Positions 9,494 to 19,730 of a stretch of 64,000 nucleotides of DNA are shown one piece after another. The notes below the pieces were generated by a model. The model was given only the letters and a program-made list of their open reading frames with translations. It had not been told where the DNA came from and ran no database searches. This DNA comes from a virus (Duplodnaviria; Caudoviricetes): positions 1-64,000 of IMG/VR virus record IMGVR_UViG_3300010327_000802; one strand, written 5' to 3'. The number at the start of each line of letters is the position of its first letter. Position 1 is the stretch's first letter. Position numbers and translations under genes: made by a program.

Positions 9494-10699
9494 TTATACG
9501 ATTTCTCTTAAATCGTGCACAACTCCATCATCATCTACAAGCAGCTGAGCATCTTCTGGCATATTTTCAAGAATTTCAGAAAGAGCTTTTAAATTTTTCT
9601 CATCGTAAGTAGCATATACTTTTCTATATTGATTTTTTAACTCTACTGGTATTATTTCTTTTGCTATTAGTTGGTCTACTAAATTTTCTACCAATATAGA
9701 AGAAGTTTTCTTTTTGTCCTCTTTAAAAGTTTCTCTCCCAAAGACAGTCTCCCCTTTAGAATCTAGCCCTTTTGGAAGATCCTCTCTACCGAAAATCCTC
9801 TCATCTTTCTTTCCGCCGACATCTTCTCTTCCTATTGTTGGTTTCTCCTTTGACATAAACCTCTTAAGGGGTCTTAAGGTCCTTGTTGGAATATCATAGG
9901 TGTAATATTCAGGGGGTTCTTCCGTAGATTTTACTTCAATAGAAGCTTCCTTAGGATCAATAACTAAACTAGCAGTAACAGGTAAACTTGTAACTTTATC
10001 ATTAAAAGTAAATGTAAGTGAAACCCTTCCTGTAGCTTTATCAATTGAAATAGTTTCAACAGATATGTTTTCAAAAGGAGCACCAACTAAATCAGAAACA
10101 GACTTTAATACAGCATTTACAGAAATCTCTCCAGATTCTTGGGGGACAGTTTCTGTTGGTTGCTGCACCTCTTGTGGGGTCTCAGATACTACTTCATTAA
10201 CGTTCATAGTATCCTGGGTATTGCCCACCCCTCCTGGATTAATTTCTATATTTTCAACTCTGTCTGGTCGTTCCATACCTTCCTCCGCAGTCTTTGCCAA
10301 AAATTCTGTGGCTTTTTCTTTAATAGAAGACACCTTTTTTAGTAAGGCATCAAGCTTTTTTTCTATATTTAACTTCTCATCTTTAGAGAAGTCTTTCTCA
10401 AGTTTCGTATTTAATTTTCTATTCATTACATTTTTTCCTCCTTTATTAAGAGACCAATCCTCGTCATATTTAACATTACCTCCTCTCCTAACTTTTTGAA
10501 GATACCTCTTAGTACAACTACATCCTTCTTTTGATTTAACATAAGGTTGTGAATATCTCTTAAGTGGATTATATCGAGGAGAGGATTTATGTCTTTTGTA
10601 AGTTTCTTCAAAATCATCAGCTAAACTTAGTATCTCTTTCTTAGCATCAATAACCTTTTCGACACTTTTTAAAAATTTACTTAAATAATCCTTTGCCAT
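9494..10699 (-). CDS. Putative scaffold/prohead core protein
   Basis: Start reassigned to the ATG after AAGGAGG (MAKDYLSKF); highly charged; KTAE and KEAS motifs; helical C-terminus typical of scaffolds placed before decoration/MCP genes. Confidence 0.6.
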   Translation of the reverse strand: MAKDYLSKFLKSVEKVIDAKKEILSLADDFEETYKRHKSSPRYNPLKRYSQPYVKSKEGCSCTKRYLQKVRRGGNVKYDEDWSLNKGGKNVMNRKLNTKLEKDFSKDEKLNIEKKLDALLKKVSSIKEKATEFLAKTAEEGMERPDRVENIEINPGGVGNTQDTMNVNEVVSETPQEVQQPTETVPQESGEISVNAVLKSVSDLVGAPFENISVETISIDKATGRVSLTFTFNDKVTSLPVTASLVIDPKEASIEVKSTEEPPEYYTYDIPTRTLRPLKRFMSKEKPTIGREDVGGKKDERIFGREDLPKGLDSKGETVFGRETFKEDKKKTSSILVENLVDQLIAKEIIPVELKNQYRKVYATYDEKNLKALSEILENMPEDAQLLVDDDGVVHDLREIV

Positions 10700-10709
10700 A
10701 AAATCCTCC

Positions 10710-13187
10710 TTACTGGGAATAGTTCCCAGAAATAAACCCCTCACAAAAGCTATCTAAGTCCGTTATTCCACTATTTTGTAGAATCTCTTTGCATCTTTCC
10801 TTTGCTGAGACTTTATTTTCTTTTGGGATATCTTTCATCCCTTCATTAAGCCTCTTTTTTACTTCCTCAGGTATAGGCGTTTGAGCATTTGTATCTGTAG
10901 TGGGAGGAGTAGGGGGTTGATTAGGATTTGTTACTGTTGAGGGAGTAGGCTGTGTTTCATCTTGGGCTTTCTTTCTTATAGAAGCTCTAGGGGCTTCTCT
11001 AACATTAAAGGAGACATTTTTCCCTCCAGAAGTAGGGCTAAAAGTAACTTGTTTAGATACTGGAGTGGATGGTACTTGTTTTCTTTTCTGTTCTTTACTT
11101 AGTATATTGGTCAATTCCCTTTTGTACCCCTTTTCTACTATTTCCTCAGGAAGAGGAAGATTTTTTAAGTAACTACTTCTCCATCCAGGCCCTTCGACCC
11201 TATCCCTCAAATTAATACAGAATTTTACAGGGTTGATTACTCTGCCGAACATTTTTAAAGTACATCCTCTGATTGGATCTTCAGGGTCGTCTTTCGATAA
11301 AGTGCTCCAGTATTTCTTCACACTTTCCTCAGTCCATCCCTTAGGTAGTCTTTCAAAAATAGAATATTTAACACTACCTTTCTTAAGTGGTCTTTTAACC
11401 AATGCTCTTGTAACCCTCTCTATACCCCCAACTTTATGTAAATAGCGCTTAAGACTAGCCAGCTTCTTTTCAATCTTACGGAGTGCTTCTATGTAAACCT
11501 CTTTTCTATTTTTCCCTATTTCAATTAAAGATTCAGGGGGAAGTGTAGTTTCAGTATAAGATGCATATCTCAGTCCTCTGGAAAGATCTAATATATCCTT
11601 ATAAGTATACCAGTAGCTAGAGAAAAATACCTCTCCCTTTTTGTCATATGTTATTGGGCTTAAAACAAATGCTCCTACTTTTTCAAAATTAAGATTTAAT
11701 GGTTTATGTATATCTAAAGAAGCAAATAGAACTTCTGCTGGCAAATAGATAAAATCCATTCCAGCAAAAGATAAACTAGACATTAGACTTTTTACATATT
11801 CGTCATCAGGTACAAATCTTACATAATCAGAAATAAACGTATCAATATAGTTATCTTCATCAATTGAAGAATGCTTTATTTTAGACAAATTATCCATATA
11901 CTTTTCTAAATCACTACCAAACTCATACAGTAGCTTTCCAATATTTCTATGCTTATAACTACTAACTGCCGATTCTTTAATAAGATAACCAAGATTCTTA
12001 AAACTGGAGGCAACTTTATAGTTTAATTCCGAAGAGGATTTAATATTCTTAATTTCATTAATTATTTCTTCACCCTTATCTGATTTTTTAGCTAAAGTTT
12101 CTATGTCTTTAACTGCTTTATCTATGCTATCTAAAGAAGAAATAGAATCAAAATAACCCTTTTGAGAAATCTTATCTCCAAGACCCTTCACAGATTTCTT
12201 AAAATATTCATAGGTAGGCTTTATTACTTTATAATAATCAATCGTATTGTTTGCTAATTTTGCAAAAACATAAGAAGCTAAATAGATAGAATCTGGGGTG
12301 TAATAAAATCTAAATGGAAATTCATTATAAGAAGAAATTTTCTTTATATTTGGTTTCTTAAAGACATGTATCGAGCTTTCTTTAGGTAAAGAGCCCTCTG
12401 GAGGAGTAGATTGATCTGTGGTTTGTTTCTGCGTTTGTATAGTAGAAGCGGGTTGATTTGAAGTTTGCTTTTGTTCCCGCACATCAGTCTTACTAGGAGT
12501 ACAAGTTCTACTAGTACAACCTTCAGAAGTAGCAAAATAAATCTCTCTCCCACCAAATGCAGAAGCCGCTGAACCACTAGGTAGTTTGGTTACTAAAAAG
12601 TTCATTCCACGCTCAAATGGAATAAGCATATTATCCCCAAAAGGAGTACCTTCCGGGAAAAAATAAGCAAGATACTCTAAAATTCCATCTGGTTTATCCT
12701 TTGTTTTCCTATATGATTCTATTAAAAAACCACCATGTGAAAAAATCCACTTATATCTAGTTTTCTTGCCTTCCTCTACAATACTTTTTCTATTGCCTGA
12801 GTATAAATGCCAAAAGTCTTTAACTTTTCCCTTTACTTCCTCTTTTTCTGTAATAAGTAACATTTCACCTGGATTTCCCTTTACAAGGATAAATGGAGAT
12901 TCTACAGGAGTGGGTAATCCGCACTCCGCCTCAAGGGATTCAGCCTCAACTCTCGCAGTGGCATTAAAGGGAGGAAACCCCACCCCACTAGGCATAATGT
13001 ATTTACAAACGTGAGATAAGCTAGGGTACGAAAGTCTATAAAAATCGTTTTCATTTTCAACTTTATTAGCAGCAAACTTCACATTTTCTATCTTAGATAG
13101 AAAATTATCTAGAGAATATATTAGCCTTTCAGCCTTATCTTTCTCTCTTCTAATTGAATTTATTAAATTGCCTATGGCTACTCTCAT
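10710..13187 (-). CDS. Large putative internal head/core protein
   Basis: 825 aa; KFAA, KVAS, RYAS, KLAS, KKAQ motifs; Q/T/P linkers; GC..KM...NP.KFC Cys-pair module. Confidence 0.6.
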   Translation of the reverse strand: MRVAIGNLINSIRREKDKAERLIYSLDNFLSKIENVKFAANKVENENDFYRLSYPSLSHVCKYIMPSGVGFPPFNATARVEAESLEAECGLPTPVESPFILVKGNPGEMLLITEKEEVKGKVKDFWHLYSGNRKSIVEEGKKTRYKWIFSHGGFLIESYRKTKDKPDGILEYLAYFFPEGTPFGDNMLIPFERGMNFLVTKLPSGSAASAFGGREIYFATSEGCTSRTCTPSKTDVREQKQTSNQPASTIQTQKQTTDQSTPPEGSLPKESSIHVFKKPNIKKISSYNEFPFRFYYTPDSIYLASYVFAKLANNTIDYYKVIKPTYEYFKKSVKGLGDKISQKGYFDSISSLDSIDKAVKDIETLAKKSDKGEEIINEIKNIKSSSELNYKVASSFKNLGYLIKESAVSSYKHRNIGKLLYEFGSDLEKYMDNLSKIKHSSIDEDNYIDTFISDYVRFVPDDEYVKSLMSSLSFAGMDFIYLPAEVLFASLDIHKPLNLNFEKVGAFVLSPITYDKKGEVFFSSYWYTYKDILDLSRGLRYASYTETTLPPESLIEIGKNRKEVYIEALRKIEKKLASLKRYLHKVGGIERVTRALVKRPLKKGSVKYSIFERLPKGWTEESVKKYWSTLSKDDPEDPIRGCTLKMFGRVINPVKFCINLRDRVEGPGWRSSYLKNLPLPEEIVEKGYKRELTNILSKEQKRKQVPSTPVSKQVTFSPTSGGKNVSFNVREAPRASIRKKAQDETQPTPSTVTNPNQPPTPPTTDTNAQTPIPEEVKKRLNEGMKDIPKENKVSAKERCKEILQNSGITDLDSFCEGFISGNYSQ

Positions 13188-13668
13188 TTTTCCTCCTTAT
13201 ATATCTAAACTTCTCATCTTCATCAACAAAATATTCTGTGTCTTCATCTTCAATTTCATCCTCATCTTTATATTTCTTGAAAAATAAATTTTTCTCTTCA
13301 TCTATATCGGCAAAAATACCACCCTCTAAAACTTCTTCTGAAAGATCATACACAAACGTTTCAATACCCATAATTATTTCATGTAATATATCTTCTTCTC
13401 CATCGGGTAGGGTTTTATCCTCAACAGATAATTCTTCTAAAATATCAACAAGTAAATTATAACAATAAAGTAAGTTAGAAACTCTGTCAGCTAGAGACCA
13501 AGTGTCCCACTCATAAAACAATATAGTAAAATGAGCTACTAAAGCATTAAACTTATCTATGTCCTTATCAACAGGCTTTCTTTGTTCAACATTTAATTTT
13601 TCCTTGAGAAGATCTATCTTTTTTCCCACTTCTCTTATAATTTCTTTATCAATATTTTTTTCTAACAT
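13150..13668 (-). CDS. Hypothetical acidic head-cluster protein
   Basis: 172-aa ORF in the operon with overlapping neighbours. Confidence 0.75.
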   Translation of the reverse strand: MLEKNIDKEIIREVGKKIDLLKEKLNVEQRKPVDKDIDKFNALVAHFTILFYEWDTWSLADRVSNLLYCYNLLVDILEELSVEDKTLPDGEEDILHEIIMGIETFVYDLSEEVLEGGIFADIDEEKNLFFKKYKDEDEIEDEDTEYFVDEDEKFRYIRRKNESSHRQFNKFN

Positions 13669-14047
13669 GTAAAATATCCTCCTTGTCTGAAACTATCTTT
13701 TTTAATTCAACCTCAAAAAGTTCTCCGCTTGAACCATATTCTAATTGTGGAAACCAAGCTACCTTTTCAACAGTATCTTTATATGCAGATTTAATGGGTC
13801 CCTCCATTGGGACTAAGGGTAAATAGTTCTTTTTATTATCATTAAAGTTTTTCTTATAATCTTCATAATATCTTTGATAATAATTTGACACCTTAATATA
13901 GCTTTTTATACAAGGGTCATTCTCAATACACTCATTTATTTTTTTAGAAAGCTCTTCATTTTTAGAAGCTGTTTTTACAAAACTACTCCATTTCATTTTG
14001 GAAAAGTATTTCTTCCAAACATAAGATAGTAAATCAAAGTTTGTCAT
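13649..14047 (-). CDS. Hypothetical head-cluster protein
   Basis: AGGAGG RBS; KTAS motif near the N-terminus. Confidence 0.75.
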   Translation of the reverse strand: MTNFDLLSYVWKKYFSKMKWSSFVKTASKNEELSKKINECIENDPCIKSYIKVSNYYQRYYEDYKKNFNDNKKNYLPLVPMEGPIKSAYKDTVEKVAWFPQLEYGSSGELFEVELKKIVSDKEDILHVRKKY

Positions 14048-14094
14048 ATCTCCTCCTATATATAATTAGACTAATAATTTCTTTTAACATAACC

Positions 14095-15231
14095 TCATAT
14101 AGTTTCATCTTTTATAGTCTTCATACAGATATATTTCTTAACAGAGTCTTCTATGGTATACCCTAAATTACTTAATTTATAAATATAATTAAATGAAGAA
14201 GTCCTTATTATATTAAGTTTCTTTAAAGCCTCTATAAGTTCTTCATCAGGGACAGCTGTAAGTAAATTTTCTCTATCAGATACTATAATAGTAGGTTCAG
14301 AAAGTTGCTGTTCTTTCCACTTTAACTCTTTCAGTCTGTTTTTAACAACAGATGAAAGGTCCTCTGGAAACAAAATATTAGTTTCTCTCGAAGATTCTTC
14401 CTCTTGGGGCTTCCCTATTTCGATTCGATCATATGGTGTTTTTTCATATTCTTGAGATTGAGGGTTTCTAAACTTATCACCAAGTGGTTCTACAGCTGAT
14501 TTATTAAAAGAAGCAGTTAATATCTCAAGCATCTTAGCATTTCTATCTGCACCTCTTCCACCAGCCAACCCACGAAGATTGAGTGGACGAATAATAGAGT
14601 CTTCGAAAAAGTCTACTCCATAACAAATTTCAAAAGAAAGCTTTTCTTCCCCAGAAGCAGTTTTAATCTTTTTCATTTTATACACAGCTATGTGTTCACA
14701 GTACTCACTTTCCACAGAAGCTTTCTTCCCACAAATACTACAAATAGAATATTGGACAATAGATCCCATTGAAGTATCAGTAACTTCTCCATTAACAATA
14801 TAATTAACAAGATTTTTATCATACTTTGCAGCAAGTTTCTTATCAATTGCCAATAGATTTTGAATATAATGTCCTGAAAGAGGATCATTTGGATATTGCT
14901 GAGGAACATACCTGCTGTCAAGTACAACTCCAATAATCATATCTGGGCGGTGATCAATGGTAACTCTTTTTCCTATAAAAGTGGAATAGGATTTTTTCAA
15001 CTCTTCATCTGGGAATCCGTCTCCATTATCATTTGGACCAAAAAATTCATAAGCAGAAACAGAATGATTTCTAAGATAAAGATATCTGGCGGGATCAAGC
15101 GTTATTCTCTTAAAACTTGGAATTGCAGAAGCAAACTTTTTAAGTCCAGGTTGATCGGAAAATAAATCTTTCATTTCTCCAACTTCTGATACCTTACTCA
15201 AGCCTAACCAGTACCCAGTTTTTACTAGCAT
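14095..15231 (-). CDS. Prohead maturation protease (HK97/assemblin-like serine protease with Zn finger)
   Basis: PNDNGDGF, TIDH (His), TSMG (Ser), CSICG...CEH, FFEDSI motifs; lies between portal and MCP. Confidence 0.8.
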   Translation of the reverse strand: MLVKTGYWLGLSKVSEVGEMKDLFSDQPGLKKFASAIPSFKRITLDPARYLYLRNHSVSAYEFFGPNDNGDGFPDEELKKSYSTFIGKRVTIDHRPDMIIGVVLDSRYVPQQYPNDPLSGHYIQNLLAIDKKLAAKYDKNLVNYIVNGEVTDTSMGSIVQYSICSICGKKASVESEYCEHIAVYKMKKIKTASGEEKLSFEICYGVDFFEDSIIRPLNLRGLAGGRGADRNAKMLEILTASFNKSAVEPLGDKFRNPQSQEYEKTPYDRIEIGKPQEEESSRETNILFPEDLSSVVKNRLKELKWKEQQLSEPTIIVSDRENLLTAVPDEELIEALKKLNIIRTSSFNYIYKLSNLGYTIEDSVKKYICMKTIKDETI

Positions 15232-15233
15232 TT

Positions 15234-16424
15234 TTATCCTCCTTTAGTTATCTTTGAAAGTTTTTGGCGTATAAGCTTTGATAGAGAATTGTAACTTTTT
15301 TCCGAAGACTGTTTGACTTCTCCAGCTGACGGGGTAGAAGGGGCAGAAGGGGCAGAAGTAGGAGGTGAAGGAGCATTTGTCTCAGACGTAGGAGTAACCT
15401 CAGTTTGAGTACTTGTTGGTTCTTGTGATGGAGTAAAATGTGTATGTTTATCTGTAGAAAAGCTCTGGTTGCCCATCTCTAAAGTTTCTCCTTCACTTCC
15501 ACTTGGTTCTTCCCATTCTTCTTTTAATTCCTCATCTGTTTCTTGAATAATTCCTGAGGGGAGATATATATAGGTATATTTATTAGGAGTGTTCTTTACA
15601 AATATCATTACAGAGGAAAAAGATGGAAAGTCTAATTTTAATAATTTTCTTTTTGTTTCAATAGAAATTGGAGAAAGAACAACATCCCCTCTACTATTCT
15701 TTGCCTTAATTTCTACCCTAAATAGAATAGTTGAGAAATTAGAAGATATAAACGTATCTTCAATATATATATTATCTTCTAATTCTTCTATAATATTTTT
15801 AGGCAAGTCTCCTGGAATACTAACAGTCCCTACAATAGTGGAAGTAACTTTTGCTTCCTTTAAATATTCTATTGCTTTACTAAACTTTTTTGAAAAATCT
15901 CGTAATATAGTACTTATACCCAATTCTCTTATCTCTGGGGAAACAGCTGCAATCTCATCTGCAATAATATTAAATATAGCCCTCTTAGTTGCTTTGTCCT
16001 TCGTCATTAAAAATTGAGTAAGAAAATTATTAATTAGAGCAACCCTAATTATATCATCTTTATATCTTTCGGCTTTCTTCAGAATCTCTTTACTTTTTTC
16101 AAATTTATGAGATAAAGAAGATATATCTTCAATAATCGTATCTTCAAACAGATTTTCTTTCAACATTTCTTTTGCAGTCTTAACTAAATTTTCAGCAGTG
16201 GAATGAAACTTATCTGATAGAATAGTCCTTACTATTTCTACAAAAGAAGAATCTGGGATAAAATCAGAAGAAAGTGAATTTATAGAAGCATTTTTTCCTT
16301 TAAATTCCTCAGAAACAGCAAAAACTAGAAAATCTTTTTCAATTCCTAAAAATAAAGGAGCTAATGATAGAGACGAAAAATGTTTAGCTGCAAAAGGATA
16401 ATCTCGGCAATGTATTATTCTCAT
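15234..16424 (-). CDS. Putative prohead core protein
   Basis: KNAS and KTAK motifs; P/S/T-rich C-terminal linker. Confidence 0.65.
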   Translation of the reverse strand: MRIIHCRDYPFAAKHFSSLSLAPLFLGIEKDFLVFAVSEEFKGKNASINSLSSDFIPDSSFVEIVRTILSDKFHSTAENLVKTAKEMLKENLFEDTIIEDISSLSHKFEKSKEILKKAERYKDDIIRVALINNFLTQFLMTKDKATKRAIFNIIADEIAAVSPEIRELGISTILRDFSKKFSKAIEYLKEAKVTSTIVGTVSIPGDLPKNIIEELEDNIYIEDTFISSNFSTILFRVEIKAKNSRGDVVLSPISIETKRKLLKLDFPSFSSVMIFVKNTPNKYTYIYLPSGIIQETDEELKEEWEEPSGSEGETLEMGNQSFSTDKHTHFTPSQEPTSTQTEVTPTSETNAPSPPTSAPSAPSTPSAGEVKQSSEKSYNSLSKLIRQKLSKITKGG

Positions 16425-16621
16425 TAAATCTGCTCCTTTTTCTCTTCAGGTTCCTCCTCCTTTCCTTCATGTTTTAAATTCTTTTTAATTCTCCCTTTTT
16501 TCGTTTCTTTATCTTCCTTTTTTAATGAGGCAATTCTTTTCTGAACCTCAGCATCCTTTTCAGATACAACCTCTAATATTTTTCCTTCTTTTTTTCCAAA
16601 TTTAATTATAGGCATAGTCAC
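16424..16621 (-). CDS. Small K/E-rich head-cluster protein
   Basis: 65 aa, highly charged, RIAS motif; abuts both neighbours. Confidence 0.7.
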   Translation of the reverse strand: MTMPIIKFGKKEGKILEVVSEKDAEVQKRIASLKKEDKETKKGRIKKNLKHEGKEEEPEEKKEQI

Positions 16622-16626
16622 ACCCC

Positions 16627-17847
16627 CTATTCTTCAACTCTTTCCAAATATGCTGTACCGTCTTCATCAAGAACAACTCTCCAAAATGTAGTCGAAGAGT
16701 CTTTCAAGTCAGACCTTATCTTCCTTCTGATTTTAACTTTTCTGTTGCCCTCCTCTATATCAGAGAGAACAAGCTTTCCGTAAAGACTTTCTACCTTAGT
16801 CAAAAACTGATTATCAACAGTTGCTTCCACTTTACCAATACCCTCTATTTCATATTCTTTTACATCTAAAATATCCGCAAGTCTATCTAGAAGTGCACCT
16901 TTAATTACTATATTATTTTCTTCATCAACACTTAAAGTTTCTATTGAATTAAGAAAGATGTCACCTTTATTGAAACGCACACTGTAGTTGTATGAAGCGG
17001 TGTCCTTGTCCTCTATACCTAGTGGAATCACTTCTAGATTATACTCTTTTGGGTCTAACCCCCATTCATTTAATTTAGATGCATATACCGAACAAACAAA
17101 AGAAGCTAATTTTACTTCTCTATCTCCTTCTGGATCGTATACATAATTAATTTCTTCTAATTCAGGTATAGATTTCTCAATCATCTCATCAACTTCTTTT
17201 TTATACCTTTCAGTCGATTTTAATTCCTTTCTCCTTTTGTCAATTTGTTTAGAGAGTTGACTAATAGCATCAAGTGAAGAAGCCCCAGTTAAAAAATCCA
17301 CCCAATTAGCATTATCTTCATCGTAAACAACGTTCTTTGATTTTTCCGTGCCAGCCATTCCATAAACAATTGAAGAGGAAACTTTGTTCTTGTATTCTTG
17401 CCCTACAGTAAAATTATGAATAAACTGGTAGGGATTTTGTAGAACAACATTGTCACTTGTTTTGTATGGGTATTTAATTGAGGATGCTACCTTTTTTACA
17501 GCAGAATCATAGGATATAGAAATCACCTTATATTTTCCATCAATAACGTACTCTGTAACTCCAGCTTCCTTAAGAAGATCGGTTAATTTTTCTTTATCAT
17601 AGGAATACATTTTCATCACAGTACCAAATATATTCTTAGATTTTGAAGAGCGAACAATTTTTAACTCTTGGTCTATTGGTAATTGCAATGTAACAAAATT
17701 TTCAGTTGGGTTCCCAGCCGAAAATTTTCTGAGTTTTATAATGACATTATTAGACTTTTCATCAAAGTCTACATCTATATCTTCTTCCCTAAAACCATAC
17801 CCCGATAGTATGGTAATAAAGTGTTCTCTTATTTCGTTATCCTGCAT
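16627..17847 (-). CDS. Putative prohead core protein
   Basis: AAGGAGG RBS; KVAS and KLAS motifs. Confidence 0.65.
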   Translation of the reverse strand: MQDNEIREHFITILSGYGFREEDIDVDFDEKSNNVIIKLRKFSAGNPTENFVTLQLPIDQELKIVRSSKSKNIFGTVMKMYSYDKEKLTDLLKEAGVTEYVIDGKYKVISISYDSAVKKVASSIKYPYKTSDNVVLQNPYQFIHNFTVGQEYKNKVSSSIVYGMAGTEKSKNVVYDEDNANWVDFLTGASSLDAISQLSKQIDKRRKELKSTERYKKEVDEMIEKSIPELEEINYVYDPEGDREVKLASFVCSVYASKLNEWGLDPKEYNLEVIPLGIEDKDTASYNYSVRFNKGDIFLNSIETLSVDEENNIVIKGALLDRLADILDVKEYEIEGIGKVEATVDNQFLTKVESLYGKLVLSDIEEGNRKVKIRRKIRSDLKDSSTTFWRVVLDEDGTAYLERVEE

Positions 17848-17922
17848 TACTTATTACCTCCTTATATTTTATATTTTTCCAAACTTGAAACTATAACTAC
17901 AAAGTTTGTAGTCAAAAAATTA

Positions 17923-19722
17923 TTACTTTGCACCATTTTTAGTATTCCCCTCTAATTTTAAATTTCCGTCCTCCCCAACTTTCAAACGGAAGACTACATC
18001 TGCTGGGATAGCTTTCCCCTTTTCTAACCAAGGGACAATGTAAGTATTAACTAATCTTAATTTTTCCATTATATTTTGCCCATCTGCCCATTTGAACTCT
18101 TTTTCTTCTATTATTGGTTCTTTAGTATATTTAGATCCCTGCCTCTCCCCAATAACTACAGGGAGTTTAAAAGTAGCTTCTTTCCCAGTAGGTCCTATTG
18201 GTGGGGGTATCAGAGCTATAGCTTTCCTTCTCCATTCAGAATAAAAAGGATCAAATATAGTTCCCTCTTCCTCTTCTTTCCAATAACGAACCTCATCGTA
18301 ATCAACATTAAGAACATCACTTATTATCTTCATTGGAAATCCTAAATCTCTCATTTGTCCAACCATACCAACTATAGAAGTACTATCAAGCAAGTTAATA
18401 TTTTTTTGCCACTCAAAAGTAGGTAAAATTGGTTTTCTCTCGGAAAATGGTCTTTTTATTAAGAAAGGCCCCCCTAAATCCGAAGTAGTGGTTTCATAAA
18501 ATTCATGTGCAATAGCAATGGGGAGAAAAAACCTTTCTGTTAACACATTTTCTAATAATGATCTCACAAAGGAATACCTCGCCATCAATACTCTCATAGC
18601 TACTGAGGCATTAGCATATGTAGGACCTTCACCATGGGTAACAGCTTTACTAGTAAATAGAGCAGTTAAAACTCTATCTTCAATCCAGTCAAATTCCTGC
18701 TTCAGCGGAGATAAAGCTCCCCCACCCATAACATATTCAGCCCTTACTGTATGATTAGCCACAAGAGTAAATAATGGGTTTTGTTCTGCTGTTTTTACAG
18801 CTTGCTCTAAAGCATCAATTTGGTCTTGTGTAGCGGGCCATGTATCTGACCCAATATGCCACAATTCCTTTGGGTTAATATATCGCTGAGCAATAGCAAA
18901 TTGAGCTTCACGTAGTTTATCTTCATACAATAAATCTTTCATAACACGAAGAACAATCGAAGTACCACGAGTCATATAAGGGCTTTGTTTTCTCTGGAAA
19001 GGCATAATAAAAAATGGAGAAAGCGGAACAGCTTCCCCTTTTCTTAAAGCTTCAATAATAGCTGGGGGGAGTTTCTCGAGAACTGCTTTATCGAGAGGGT
19101 TCATTTCAGGAGAAAAACTTCTCATTGCTACTTGGACTTTGTATTCTACCGCGTCTTGTCCTCCAGCCAACCATCCTTTATCTTCAACTATTAAATCTTC
19201 TGGGGGGATAAGTTGAGCATCAGTAAATATTCCGGATTCATCATCCCAAAAAAGATAAGTAAATGCTTCACCAAGAAGCCAATAGTCTCTTAAAATTGAA
19301 TATAGTAATAGTAACCCCCCACATGCTTCAAATGATTCTTTATAAATATTCTTAATAATTGGATCAGCTACTTTCAAAGAAAACCTTGATAATGGAACAG
19401 TTGTGTGTAAATCTATTGAGTTTCCTACCATAGGATGAAACGCGTCCCAGTGTCTAAGCCAAGTAATAGTTGTTTTCAAGTCTGTGGGCATATAAAAATG
19501 TACCCAAGACAACATTGGAGAAAACCATCTTGGAGGGTAGTATTCAACTGTAGAACCGGCAGCAGTTTTTGCAATTCCACCAGTAGAAGACCCCCAAATG
19601 ATATTATCTTTACTTCCCATCAAAGAAGCCCTCGTAACTCCACGAGGACTACCCAATTTATTATTTATTTTAGAGGATGTTTTCTTAGCTTGATTATTGC
19701 TTTCCGATTTTTGTCCTTTCAT
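17923..19722 (-). CDS. Portal protein
   Basis: HPMVGNSIDLH, RDYWLLGEAF, RKQSPYMTRGTSIVLRVMKDLLYEDKLREAQ, DRVLTAL segments; 599 aa; upstream of the protease. Confidence 0.85.
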   Translation of the reverse strand: MKGQKSESNNQAKKTSSKINNKLGSPRGVTRASLMGSKDNIIWGSSTGGIAKTAAGSTVEYYPPRWFSPMLSWVHFYMPTDLKTTITWLRHWDAFHPMVGNSIDLHTTVPLSRFSLKVADPIIKNIYKESFEACGGLLLLYSILRDYWLLGEAFTYLFWDDESGIFTDAQLIPPEDLIVEDKGWLAGGQDAVEYKVQVAMRSFSPEMNPLDKAVLEKLPPAIIEALRKGEAVPLSPFFIMPFQRKQSPYMTRGTSIVLRVMKDLLYEDKLREAQFAIAQRYINPKELWHIGSDTWPATQDQIDALEQAVKTAEQNPLFTLVANHTVRAEYVMGGGALSPLKQEFDWIEDRVLTALFTSKAVTHGEGPTYANASVAMRVLMARYSFVRSLLENVLTERFFLPIAIAHEFYETTTSDLGGPFLIKRPFSERKPILPTFEWQKNINLLDSTSIVGMVGQMRDLGFPMKIISDVLNVDYDEVRYWKEEEEGTIFDPFYSEWRRKAIALIPPPIGPTGKEATFKLPVVIGERQGSKYTKEPIIEEKEFKWADGQNIMEKLRLVNTYIVPWLEKGKAIPADVVFRLKVGEDGNLKLEGNTKNGAK

Positions 19723-19730
19723 AAAACCTC

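Noticed and set aside
14034-14090. 18-aa mini-ORF MLKEIISLIIYRRRYDKL
   Set aside because: GAGG is only 2 nt from the ATG; no other support
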